DNA from: Botryllus schlosseri
Taxonomy: Eukaryota
Length of the DNA: 64,000 bases
Reading direction: 5' to 3'
Assembly (NCBI GenBank): GCA_051294905.1
Contig: CM119375.1
Coordinates: 15,500,001-15,564,000, forward strand
In this document: positions 22,128 to 35,010 of the stretch, piece by piece
Layout of the letters: the number at the start of each line of letters is the position of its first letter
How positions within the stretch are numbered: position 1 is the stretch's first letter
The notes under the pieces: generated by a model
The model's input: the letters and a program-made list of their open reading frames with translations, nothing else
Database searches by the model: none
Told to the model about the DNA's origin: nothing
Program-made: the position numbers and the translations under genes

Positions 22128-25100
22128 TCAGAAGAACCCAGGCTGGTATGCAGCATCTAAGGCCGTAGATTGTCCATTGACTTGGTTACCAGCGCCCAAT
22201 TCACAACACAAAATCTTCGAGAATGACTTATCTTACCGGCGACGGAGTAGGACGTCCCGACTGCTTCGCCATATTTGAGTCGGCAGAGACAGAGGACTGA
22301 ACCTGCAAAGACGATAACTTGGTCTTGAGAAGCATCAGCTGCTCTTTCCTGGAACAAAAAGAACACCAATAGAGCTAAACAATGCTTGGAGCCGGTCAGA
22401 GTGGAATGTGGAAGCGAAACTGAAGTTGAACTAAATTTCAGAGCCAGAACAAAATGAAAAGCATGCGAGTAGTAGTTTCAGAAGGGAAGGGAAAAATAGT
22501 TTGTGGCACTCTCTAGCACTTCTAGTGGCGAGTAGCCAAGTGGTTTGTTTTGTTGCACCAGTGCACCTATTCAAGCACTCAAGTAGAAGCACTCACTGCC
22601 TCTGTCGATTAGGTAAAGTCAAGCAAAAAGATGGATTCTTGCCTGTGGGTCATTGATTCGATGGCGCGCTCCAAAGAGTCGTTGTCTTCTCGAATTTTCT
22701 TCAGCGCGACCATTAGCGACGACACTGAAAAGACACAGAATTCCACAAATCAACGCAACAGACAGAAAGTTCTCTCTTTCACGGTCAAATTCGGTGTTTT
22801 GCGTCTCATGTCGGGAGGCGTCCCACAGCAAAGTTTATCTCCTGTTCCGCGCATCTGGTCTGGCCAAAGCTAGCAAGCAGATAGTAGATCGCATAATTTC
22901 GAATACCTCACAGGCCGAAAGCGGTCAATGCACTCGATAACACTGCTCGCATAAAAGCAGCAAAGTAGAAACGATGCCATAAATCGACACTAGATTACAA
23001 GCAGTGGCAGGATTACACCAGTTCTATGCAATTGGTCAACAAAATTTACGAGACGAGCGAGCTGGTTACTGTCAATCCCCTTTTGTGACAGAGCCTGACT
23101 GACAAAAATTTGAATTTCACCAGTCCAGTGATAGCAATTATAAGTATTATTTTCAAGACATGTTCTAACTCTTCCAAATGAAAGTAATAACGGAAGGTCA
23201 GAAGTACGCGAGTCGGTAGTTTCACAAAGTAGATTTAGTCGAAAGATCGCAAACTTCGTCAGATAATCGTAATCAGAAATAGTTACTTTCGCAGTTGAAT
23301 CTTGCATTATGACAAATGCAGAAAAAAAACCTACTGCTCTGAAACAACAGAAGCATTGAAGTTACTGACTGACACTTTTTTAATCCAACCAAGCCCACCT
23401 TCGGAATCGGTGCCATCTTCGCAAATAAACTTGAAAGCATCCGCTATTTGATCGTTCATCATTTTCTCGAAAGCTGTCAAACCATCTCCGACAATATCGT
23501 TTTTGAAAATCCTACGTCAAACAAAACAGTTATCGGTGGAACGCGAAACAGACGCACAGGCCTCGAACCTGTTATTTTCCGCTGTGTCGAGAGGGTCGCA
23601 GGCGTCGCTGCGGTCGAGACCCAACATGTCCAAGGTGGCGAAGCTTTGGCGCGGATAAATCGCGGTGCCCGTCTCCTCGGATTGGTCGGGGTCCGTGGGC
23701 TGGGGCAGAGTGGGACGGTGAGGTATGAAACCAGACAACGGGGCCTGAAATGGACGAAATCAAGTTAGCATAGTGTCGCATTGAACGTTGCTAGCAGATA
23801 TGAGAGGATTCAATATTTTTAACGCTAAATCCGGATTTGGGAATCAAATCCTTCATCTCTGGCGACGGCTGAATCTTCATTTGAAATTCCAAGGTTCGAA
23901 TCTATATCCACAGTTTCAAAAATATCCAATAATAATCTCTCCAAAATTACTGAATCATTTCCAAATCCATGCGTAATTACGCATCCCTGGTTACGAGCCG
24001 ATGGTGATGATAACACAACACCAAGTCCAATATTTAAGGGGGTAAGATCACGTTTCACATTCCTTACCTACACAGGTGCCATATGCAAACAACAAAGCAT
24101 TTTTTTTTTTTCATATCCGCAGTGTCACAGTCATAATTCCACCGGCTTCACTGTTGAATCATCAAAACACACTACAATAACTTGCCCATGGATTAAAGTG
24201 ATGGAAGGTAGAATACCGTGGGCATTATGAGCACCGCAAAAATACGGTACTCGAGCCCAGAGATGGTCAGTAGCGAAGCAGAGCAGGCTACTTTAATTTT
24301 TTGGAGTATTCAAGTACGCTTTGGCTACTTGCACTACTTATGTAGTTACAATTTCAATTTCTCAGATTTCAGTATTTTAGGTAAAATTAGGCCTAGATGA
24401 CTTGCTTTTTATTTACTTGGAAATCGCTAAGTCTACCTGTGTGTGAGTAGCAACTTCCAATACTTCTACTTGAGCACCGATAATGACTACATTGACCACA
24501 AAATCGCCGATATCGGTAACTAACAATTTCGGTGTGGCGTGGTGGTTTGATACTGCTCAGTACTGGTTAAAAATCACTGATGTTTACAGACATGAACAAA
24601 ATCTGACCTTATTCTTCTTAATTTGCTTTCTTTTATCTTTCTTCAAGCCTGCTGAATAAGGCAATTTGAAAAAAACTGTATTGCGGGCGTACAACATTTC
24701 ACGTTACCCCTGCCGCCATCTTTCAATCTCTTGTTGGAGGCGACAATCTTTCCATCTTTTTTCGGACGCTTCAGAATCGTTTTCGTTGCTTCTGAATTCG
24801 AATGGACAATTCAATTTCAAAGTATGGCTCGGCAAGTCTGCCTCCAAACAGACGCCAATCATTTCGACTATGGGTAGCAGGTGGCCTAGTATTCATTGAG
24901 GGCACGATTGTATTGTATTTACTTCAATTAAGAGCGTCTCAGTGCTGCGAGAGCTCTTGAAACATATTTACCCTATCATAAGGTACTTCATGGGCGAAGT
25001 GCTGTCATTCTCAAAAAAAATTGTAGCAATTACATCGTGGGTTCCACGCAAGAATCAATTGTATTTATTCACCTTAACACACAGTGATAAAGCCAGATAA

Positions 25101-28100
25101 CAGGTAAGGCTAAGACACTGCTACAGTCGAGTGTACCATATTGGCCGGTGATTACATAGAAACAAACCATTTTCAGGTTGACAAAAATGCAGAACTTTGT
25201 CGGACAATTTATACGATGACACACACCAGTTAGTGTTGCAGATACGAAATGACGGTGATTGATGGGTATTCCAGTGACAGTGGTGCGTGCCAGCAAATGT
25301 GCCATGACCGTAAAATGACGCTAGCGGCTAGGGATGGTGCGACCGTTTGTGTTTCGTATGCGAACGTTGAGAATTCAATGGTTCGTCTGAACTAATTTTG
25401 GTATGTTCAACCTGTAATATCTTTGTCAAACACCAGTAGCCTATTTTCCAGTCCTGTCTACATCTACAATAAAAAATTCATCAGATTACAGAAAGGCAAA
25501 AGTGATTTACAACGCGACTCTTTAGGGGGTTCACACCATCCCTATTTGAACGTTTGTGGTGATTATAAACAAAGTGACGGTGATATACAATACACGCAAA
25601 CACACTTGCCGAACGGAGGTCACGTTCATGTCCATTCAATAAAAAGCGAATATTCAAACAGATCGGTCAACTTCGATACCGAGTGACTTTTGATTACATC
25701 CCAATCAAATCAACATTCGAATTGAATCAAGGCAGGTTGGCATTGTCGACGAAATAGAATGAGACCCTTGATCGTGCTGGTTAAAGTCAGTGTTGGGTTA
25801 GATTCGGGATTTGGGACTATTTGACGGTTAATTCTCCGGTCGGAGGGAGTTCAAGGCAGGAGTGGTCATCAAGTTCAGGGGTTATAAAGTCGCATGCTCG
25901 ACTGTCGTTATTGATTGTGTCCCATGCTTTGGCACCCAGTCGGAAAGACAACGACTTATCACCGGTCGTGACGAAATTCAGAAGAAAGATCACCACACGT
26001 TAAAGACGTCTGAGATTACACCTACGCAGGCCGGGTCGCTAACACAGACTCGGCGATAACTTCACCTTTCGCCATGTCGGGTGCGTCGCTTGATCCTGTC
26101 GTCGCCTGCTGAGTCTCGCCAGACCCGGACTCGTCAATCACCATTGGCGAGTCCGACTCGGAAACCACGCCGTCCAAATTCGATTCGCCTGTTTTCGACG
26201 TTCCACTGCCGGGAGACAAACCAACATCGCCGTTTGGCTCCGGCTGTATTTCGGCATCCGCGTCTTTTTCAGCGTTTTCCGAATTGCTCTCTGTTTCTTT
26301 TTCTGAGGGAGCCGTCTCCTCGGTATGTAGCGATTCCTTGCAAACGTCATCTGAACGCGTTATAGATACCGTGGAGACACAACACTCAAAGTAGACCACA
26401 AAAAAGTGTCAAACGTTAAGAAAAAACAGTGCCAATAACCTGTTGAAAGCATACACGAAAAACAGTTTAGTGGTTGTGGAAAAAGGAAATTTTACTTTTT
26501 TTCGGCACGGCTTCGGTCTCTTCCATATTCTCATCCTGCAAGAAACGCATTTTACAATCATACAGCGGAAAGAAGCGCAAAATAATCCAATAATCATCGA
26601 ATGCCATCGAAACATCAACATTATTACAGCAGAGTGAAACGTATCAAGAAGATTTATATTTGATCAGGCACGCGAAGAAATGAGCAATGTCTGAAACTCA
26701 CACTCTCAGTCTGAGAGCATTCCACGGCCAGACTCTCTTCCAGGCTCTTGCTGCGTTTCTTTCCGGCTTTCGTGTAACGAATATCGCCTGGTTTTGTCAA
26801 GCTATGAGCAAAGTTTACAGCGATCATTATATCTCTTGCTCTTGGTCACAGAGCTATACGAGCTACTCGCATCATGTTATGATGCTGTTTTCATTGCAAA
26901 CACAGTAGCTATATCAAGTATAAATCTCAGAGTACTTTTTACATTCGTGTCATCTCATGAACGAGAAATGGGCAGAATACTCCGAGTGATTGCAGGATAT
27001 ACTGGTGAAACTCTGCTTACGATACTTCCAATGTCAATGCAAGCGCTTACCCAAAATATCCGGGACACACTGTTTTTAACAGCTGTGCTTTTCCAGGACA
27101 ACTAATACAGGAGTTGTTTGTATGCGATACTTGCTACTTCCACTTGACGTAGAGAGAGAGAGAGAGATTTTGGGAGAATTTGGGAGGACAATAATATTCT
27201 CACCTTTCTGCAGTAAAATATTCTTCTTCTTCTGGCGATATGACTTCCTCCGAAGATGAGTTTGCGCGACATTTATAAAGCTGCAAAAATGGACACAACG
27301 CCAAGTATTTCATGATCTTCTGAATTTCCGAGCACTTCACTTCAGTTTACAATGGAAATTGCGATTTTATCGGCAGTTTTATACAGTAGGCCTGCATTGA
27401 TTACACAGTGCTGCGTTAATTTTGAGGTTACTAAAGCATTGACGGTTCTTAGTCTACTTTTTGATGCTGAATCCAAAACTGTTATCCGTTTTTTTCAATC
27501 AGGTTTAGATTTTTGGCAAATCAGCTTTCAGCGTTATGCGATTAAAATTTGTGACGTCATGAAAAGGATTTAGCAATGATGTTTTGATGAAATGTTTAGG
27601 AAATATTCCAATTATGACGAAGACCATTCCCTATAGAAGTGGTTCTAAAAGTGGGGGCCGCGAAGCCGCTGTTACCTAAAATTGTTTTAGCGCTTCGTGC
27701 AATTCATCTCCTGCTCATGTTTGCAGATAACCATTCATACTTAACCCTTTCTAATCGGCCGGCCCACTGGCAAAATTTTACTGCATCCACAAAAAAGACG
27801 ATAAAATGTCTTACATATGGTTTAAATCGACGCCCCATATATTGCCGTAAACCTGAAGTAGCCGCCTAGCGGTCTGAGATACTCTTACGGCTCAGACGCC
27901 AGAGAGAATAGCGGCGTGCGAGAAAATGTTCTCGATTTCTTGAAAATAAAATACAATTTTGTTCTTCTATATCTTCTGACGTCATACTTAGGCCCTCTCT
28001 TGGTATATGACCACCTGATTGCGTTTCGCATGAATCTCTACGTTCCAACGAGACATTACACGCTACTATAGCGCTTCATAGCCCACCAGCCCAGCGCTAC

Positions 28101-31100
28101 GATCTTGGAAAGGTAGACATGAAAAGTACGGATCACGCAGCCGCCGCCGATGAGTAATCGATTACGTAATCACGTGATCTCGTGGAAAGCAATTCACTTC
28201 CAATTCTACATAACATAGTAACTATTTTATATATCTGCATGCTATTGAAGTGGTATCAACCCCAGTGGCTTGTTATATGTAACTTGCAACTGCATAACGG
28301 ATTCATAAGTATACTCATATTGGCTTATTCGACACTGCCCAGAGCCAATGTACGCTCGAGAAGTCAGTTCATGTGATACATTATTGCTTTATTCCACATC
28401 AATTTGAACTGTATTCTACACGGCTAGTCTTCCATGTATGATCAACAGTAGTCATAGAAACCAACAGTAACTTCGTGTGCCATCTAAACCGATATATAAC
28501 TGCCTCTATATCAGGGGTGGGCAAACTTTTGAGCTCGCAGGCCGCATTCAACATCTGAATCCATTCGCGGGCCGCACTATATAAAATTGGGATCATAAAC
28601 CAAAACGCAATATTTGAATATATAGTGAGGACATGGAGATAATATATATGCTTATTTGAAACAAACCAAACATTGCTATGATGATATCGGACACGCGCCA
28701 GAAATAATGGCGAGATTTCATAGGCTGGTCGACCTCAGTATCCAATTTGTCAAAACTGTTGTCCCGATTCTTAGAACAGGATTGAAATTTAAATCTGTGA
28801 GCATGAGCAGTGATCTGTTCATTGATTTACTGATTCCGCTTTGGGTTCAGTTCCAGGACGCACAATGCTTACAGCATCATAACCACGTTAGCTTCAAACA
28901 CGCTTCTACTATATGTGTAGATTTCGCGCCCACTTAACGTCATATCACAAAACGCAACCAGGATGCTATAGCAAACCTAACGGATAGGTCAGTGGCATGG
29001 GAGGTTACGACTATTGATGAGAGAATTTTAAATATGAAATTCATACTAAATACAGAGCAATGATTATGAAGTGGAAGTGAATCGCGCTAAGCGCGGAAAA
29101 AATTTTCAGTTGAGCTCAGCTTCGCGATCTTCTTTAGATGCTTTCATGACCTCAAGGGGCACGCGTCCCCCAGGTTGAGACCCACTGCCTTAGAATTATC
29201 ATGGTGAAATGTACTAAGAAAAAGATTAATCAAGTCCCTGTATTAATTCGATTTTTAGTACGAATTTTATCAATATTTTTAATAAGTTTCTTTAGACTCT
29301 CGCGGGCCGCACAGAACGGTGTTGCGGGCCGCATGCGGCCCGCGGGCCGTAGTTTGCCCACTCCTGCTTTATATGATGTTGTTATTACAGGCTCTGTTAC
29401 CAAAATAGCCTAACTCTCACGCTTATTTGTGTAGTGTTAGGGCTGGTGTCGACTTTGTTATACAATACTAAACCCCATGATAGGGATATTGATGAATATG
29501 CCAGGATAATGGCCAACCATATGTACAATTTGCAATTGCCTGAAGCAATTGTACATCTGTTTGAAGCCGCAACGAGTCGGATGAACTTACGCAGCCATGA
29601 TTTTCACGTAATAAGGTATTTCTTTCACGTCGATTAGAAACATCTCTATACGTGCTAATCTTCGATATATGGACTTTCATTGAATAGTATGAACAACAAC
29701 AAGTCATAGAAGATAACTGTAATTGGTTATATGACGTCTAGAACGGAAGATACAATGGTTTATATTCCAGGCGTTCATTCACGCGAACATCATTACAAAT
29801 TCAATTTTGCGGGAAACGTTTTTGCGTGTTCACTGTTCAATCTGCATTTCAAGCAGGATATACATTGATATAATAGGCTGTACATTAGGGCTGTTCAAAA
29901 ATAACTTTTTTTCCTGAATCTTGCTGGTTACTTGATTAAATCGTTAGGTTGCCTTAAAAAACGACGCATACCAAATTTTAATTCATTCCGACAAATATTC
30001 GCGGGTTACGTAGAGTTTGAAAATTTTGGATTTGCCCAAAAACGCAAAAAATTTTTTTTTCAAATTTTTCTGCCAACCCCATGAAATTGTTGGGCTGTCT
30101 TCAAAAACTATGCAAAACAAATTTGACTCAATTCCAAGCAGTAGAAGCGGAGTTATTTCAGTTTTTATTCGCTAATTCTGGGATTATCCTTGATTGGTGG
30201 ATAATCCAAGAATTATCACCGAAAAACTGGAATAACTCCGCTTCTACGGCTTGGAATTGAGTCAAATTTGTTTTGCATAGTTTTTGAAGACAGCCCAACA
30301 ATTTCATGGGGTTGGCAAAAAAATTTGAGAAATTTTTTTTTTTGCGTTTATGGGCAAATCCAAAATTTTCAAACTCTACGTAAACCGCGAATATTTGTCG
30401 GAATGAATTCAAATTTGGTGTGCGTCGTTTTTTAAGGCAACCTAACGATTTAATCAAGTAACCAGCAAGATTCAGGAAAAAAAGTTATTTTTGAACAGCC
30501 CTACTGTACATGGTCTTATGTATGCGTATTCATAATAACTATTCATATAAATCGATTGTTACCGTTTAGAAAGTAATGCAGGTCGAGCTATTTTAGAATA
30601 AATAACGACTCCTCCGTGTTAAACAATCGCGGACCAGTATACTGGTCCGCCGGTCGCAAAGGGTTAAAGAGAGATCCGCACACAACGAAAAACATGGAAG
30701 AGAATCTTAGAAGCGACATTTATTGTCAGCATAAATCATTTGTATCTTATTGTTATCGTGTTTATCGTCGAAATATCGGTTTCTTACATCGCATCTAGCC
30801 TCAGATCCTGGACTTAGTAATCAATACTCAAACTCATACCTCAAGTTGATCATCATCACAGGCCAACATAACTTTCCACTATTACAATTGAATCAACGTA
30901 CGTAGTAACCCACGCCACAGTTTTCGGATCATTAATCTCATTTCTAAAGCAGGCTATAAAAGTTTACAGTTTCTGCATTGATACTAGTTTATGCACAGAA
31001 AATTTTCAAGCTCGCAACTTACCTTGGTACTGGATAGATTTTTGTGACTCCATTCCTTTTTTCTTTTGGGCAGATGAGCTTTACAATAACCACAGTATTT

Positions 31101-34100
31101 GGTTTGATTTACCCCGGTCGACTCCTCGTACAGTAGACTGGATATCTGGGCGCTGGTGAAATTAGAGATTAGTTAGAACATTTCTAAGTAAACAATAAAT
31201 GCATAACAACAAATATAGGTTTCCTATGAGAAAGTTGAACGATTCATATTACTTACCACTTGAAGTATTGTGGGAAATATCTTTGTGAGAGCAAAGTTGA
31301 ATTAGGCAGTTATAAGAATTATAGTGAATCTTATTCGGGTAAAATCGAAGACTGATGAAGTTACCTGATTTGATTTTGGTAAAGTACTTGTACAATTGAT
31401 CATTAGGGTTGTCCATAATTTGGAAAATCTTACAAATCCTCGGTTGTAATGTCTTATTCGATAGATTATTGATAAAAAACGACACCGAGCCTGAAAGAAG
31501 CTCACAGAAAGGCCGTTAAGATTTCGTGCAAAGCGTTTGAAAGTAGCTGCCGAAGAATGGGCGTGCCATCGACCATAGAACGGCGAGAAAGACTAGTAAT
31601 CAAGAAACCACGGCTCTTGATTGGATAATCGGCTATGCTTCAATGACCACGTCAGCAGCAGCTTGCTGATTAGGTGAACAAGGAGTCTGCTACTGGCGGC
31701 GATTCTGAAAGCGCATTGTATGTAGGTTGACAGATAATGATTTAGGATTGATTAAGGGTATGTTGAGGTACGAAATACATGATGAACAAACAACAGATGC
31801 TTCACAAAAACGTCTAAAGCATGTCTGCTTTATTGTGAAAGAAACCGCTGTAGCCTATATGCCTTGTTTTCAACGAGGGAAAGCATAGGCGCCTATGCAA
31901 GTGGCGACTGATTCCTAGTTTCAGAAATAATATATCATTATTGAATACAAAGAGAAAGCTTAACAATGACACTATAGTTTGTGTGATCTCATTGGGCTCA
32001 GGTTGTAGTACATAGTTGAAGTTTTGAAAGCTATAAGGGTCGGCTGAATCAGCGGGTTATGCTTGGCACTTGTCAGATGCTTGCATCAAACTGTATTCAC
32101 TTGCAAGTGTTGTCAGAGTCCTTGATGATGAAGCAGAAAAGAGGCGTAAAAGTAAGCACATAATATGCTGGATATGACATGTCAAATTCATTAATAATCG
32201 CGCAGAAAAGGGATGTAAAGGTAAACACAGACAATGCTGCATAGTGCATAGTATCCAGCATAGTTTGCATATCATATCAAGCAGGGCCTGTGGTTGCATT
32301 TAAACCTCGTTTCTGCGACATCATTAGGGACTTTGAAAACATTTACAAGTGAATTCAATTTGCTGTAAACATCTGATGAGTGCTAAGCCTAACCGTCTGA
32401 TTCAGCCGATCGCTAGAGCATTCAAAACTTCAACTATTGCAACCTGAGCCCAATAAGATCACCTAACTTATAGTGTCATTGTTAAGCTTTATCTTTGTCT
32501 TCAATAATGATATATTATTTCTGAAACTAGGAATCCGTCGCCACTTGCATAAGCGCCTATGCTTTCCCTCGTTGAAAACAAGGCATATAGGCTACAGCGG
32601 TTTCCTTCACAATGAAGCGGTCATGCTTTAGACGTTTTTGTGAAGCAGCTGTTGTTTGTACATCATGTATTTCGTACCTCAAGATACCTTGAATCAATCA
32701 TTAATCATTATCTGTCAACCTACATACAATGCGCTTTCTGAATCGCCGCCAGTAGCAGACTCCTTGTTCACCTAATCAGCAAGCTGCTGCTGACGTGGTC
32801 ATTGAAGCATAGCCGATTATCCAATCAAGAACCGTGGTTTCTTGATTACTAGTCTTCTCGCCGTTCTATGGTCGGTGGCACGCCCATTCTTCGGCAGCTA
32901 CTTTCAAACGCTTTGCACGAAATCTTAACGGCCTTTCTCTGAGCTTCTTTCAGGCTCAGTGTCGTTTTTTATCAATAATCTATCGAATAAGACATTACAA
33001 CCGAGGATTTGTAAGATTTTCCAAATTATGGACAACCCTATTGATCATCCATCAAGTATATTCTTGGTAGCTAGCTACCTTCACCAAGTGCTGTAGCCTA
33101 TTACTGATGACAAAGGCGTGCAGGTCAGTTGGATGAAATAACGTCAAGCAACATGATACTCTTTAGAGAGAAATCATCAACAACTTTGAATTCACACTGC
33201 TCCTGAGCACTAGGCTGGTCAGCAAAATAGATAAAGTTTGTATTACATCACTTGAGATTTACAAAGTTATTTGAAATATTTTATCTGTAACAGAAATTTC
33301 TTAGCCTCGCGGCTCACACAACACGGGCTACTACTTGAAACCCTCTAAATAGAAGATATTTTAAAACGAGACCAAATTGAATATTACCATGTAACATGGA
33401 ATGACGCTTTGCATCCCAGCTTTGCACAATTCATGCACGCTCCAGTATTGGCTTTACTAGAACGGTTTTGCTCTTCACAAATAAAACACACCTGTTGAAT
33501 AAATAAAAAATGCATTTTCAAAAAAATAATAAATATTTAAGATGCGATAACTTGGGCATCCGAATCCATTCGATTAATCTACGACAAACAAAATCTACCT
33601 TATTGTAACGATCACTTGGCACTTTGGCTAAGATGATAGGCTCCATTTTCATGACACAGTTGAACGTCACTTCAGGAATATATAGAGCGCACACGACATG
33701 AGCCCATCCTGCAAAGAAAGTAAACGGTGCTTCATTCTAAACAGTTGGCGAACGCAAAGCAGATTCCGTTACCGCCGCTATCAGTTTTCTTCAAGGCACC
33801 TTCCCGGTGTGGACAGAGTTCGCATTTCTGTTGTAAAAGCATAGGCCATGGAAGCACTATTTATGAAATATAAAAAATTGCTATGTTCTAACCACTTTTG
33901 CCGCTCTTTCCTGTGATTCACACTTTCTACAAAACCATGGTCCATCAGGTACCTTTACGATTCCATAGCAAGCTTAATAAAAAGAAAATGCATTACGATA
34001 CAATTAGGATGTGGCAATTATAATTGTGCGTGATGGGGATTTTCCTCACATGACATAGCTGATTTTGCGGCGAGACAAAACCAAAACTATATATACTGTG

Positions 34101-35010
34101 AAATGTTTGGAGGGATTAGTGTTTCTTTTCAAATTAATACAATCGAAGCCAATCCCACCAAAATTACAAAACAACATAAGTTACTGAAGGCTATAGCGAC
34201 TAGGGTAACCGTATTTTGGAATCGGGAAAGGAGAACACTTTTTCAATATTTTCAGACTTACAATACTACGGGAGTAAAATCCAGGAAAAAATGGTAAATT
34301 TACTGCGAAATTGTGGTTGGTTAACTAAAAATAAGTTTGAACCATGAATTTCCTGTTTAGAATCATTTATGCCCAATTTCACACGAATCTATCTATCCTC
34401 TTAGTACTAAAGCTGTCAAGATGGACAAATCGCCAAAAAGGACTTTTAGGCGTCCTCGGAGGACATTTTCAAAAACCTGAAAAAGGAGGACGTATGGTAA
34501 CCCTAACAGCGACAACACTGTTGACTAACGCGAGAGTCCAAAGCAATTTACAACATTTATGGTGGGTCAGATCAAGATGACCTTTTTCTGTCGGAATTTC
34601 AGTCCATGTTGGTCGCTCATGTAATACAACTTACACAAACACAATCACGATAATGTTGCTACATTAGAAATAAATATACACCCTGATATTGATACAAGTG
34701 AAGGGCCAAGAAATACTAATCCCGTCAGGCCGTCAACAGCAAGTGTGAAGTGAATAATAAACAAATAACTATGCATAGCATATAGGATACTATATTGAAA
34801 CAATTTTTCATTCGCCATCACTAATAGTACTGTTGGTGTACGGGCCGGTAAGCGATTAGACGATATGGTAACGAATAATTGCGAATCTTGAATACCTTGA
34901 TGAACAGCAACATTACAGGACTCGCCATCACAGTAGACAAGGGGATTTTCTGTCCATCCTCTTTCATCGAGACATACGCAGCAGCCACCCAACATAGGTC
35001 TATCTGACAT
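22128..35010 (-). CDS. MLLT10: AF10/AF17 (MLLT10/MLLT6)-like protein: N-terminal PZP (PHD-Zn knuckle-PHD) and C-terminal OM-LZ; middle and last exons only partly resolved
   Basis: Exons 35010-34896, 33972-33893, 33827-33773, 33708-33599, 33491-33388 and 31152-31023 splice to MLGGCCVCLDERGWTENPLVYCDGESCNVAVHQACYGIVKVPDGPWFCRKCESQERAAKVKCELCPHREGALKKTDSGGWAHVVCALYIPEV..KYCGYCKAH. Exons 23744-23569, 23511-23399, 22724-22643 and 22348-22237 give FEKMMNDQIADAFKFICEDGTDSEVSSLMVALKKIREDNDSLERAIESMTHRKEQLMLLKTKLS. Likely low-complexity exons lie at about 26070-26790. The last exon is uncertain (22142-22128 or about 20650-20546). Confidence 0.9.
28512..29366. mobile_element. hAT (Buster-type) MITE
   Basis: TIR caggggtgggcaaact / agtttgcccactcctg; TSD ctctatat / ctttatat. 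Confidence 0.85.
29886..30503. mobile_element. 618-bp almost fully palindromic (foldback) hAT-type element
   Basis: Arms of about 280 bp are near-perfect reverse complements (tagggctgttcaaaaataac.. / ..gttatttttgaacagcccta); perfect TSD CTGTACAT. Confidence 0.93.
31404..33040. mobile_element. 1637-bp foldback hAT-type element with about 650-bp terminal inverted arms
   Basis: 31404-32059 is the reverse complement of 32390-33040 with scattered mismatches; spacer about 330 bp; ends tagggttgtcc / ggacaacccta; perfect TSD TTGATCAT. Confidence 0.93.
34201..34505. mobile_element. hAT-type MITE (gtcctctttt subterminal family), in AF10 intron 1
   Basis: Ends tagggtaaccgt / atggtaacccta; TSD atagcgac / acagcgac; related to 36492-36860. 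Confidence 0.75.

Larger units (their letters stand above)
27745..30663. mobile_element. piggyBac-like (TTAA) non-autonomous element with two nested hAT elements, in an AF10 intron
   Basis: TTAA|ccc at 27741-27747 and ggg|TTAA at 30661-30667. Left end, internal segments and right end are homologous to 43360-44767. Confidence 0.6.

Noticed and set aside
22990-23307. 105-aa ORF inside an AF10 intron
   Set aside because: No recognisable motif, and it is not needed for the OM-LZ reading frame.
32060-32389. TDNAA hAT-like motif in the foldback spacer
   Set aside because: Only five residues followed by a stop, too weak to call a transposase remnant.
33150-33211. Possible alternative AF10 exon starting (C)AQEQ after an AG
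   Set aside because: It diverges immediately and hits a stop. The true continuation CAQISSLLYEE..YCGYC is at 31152-31023.
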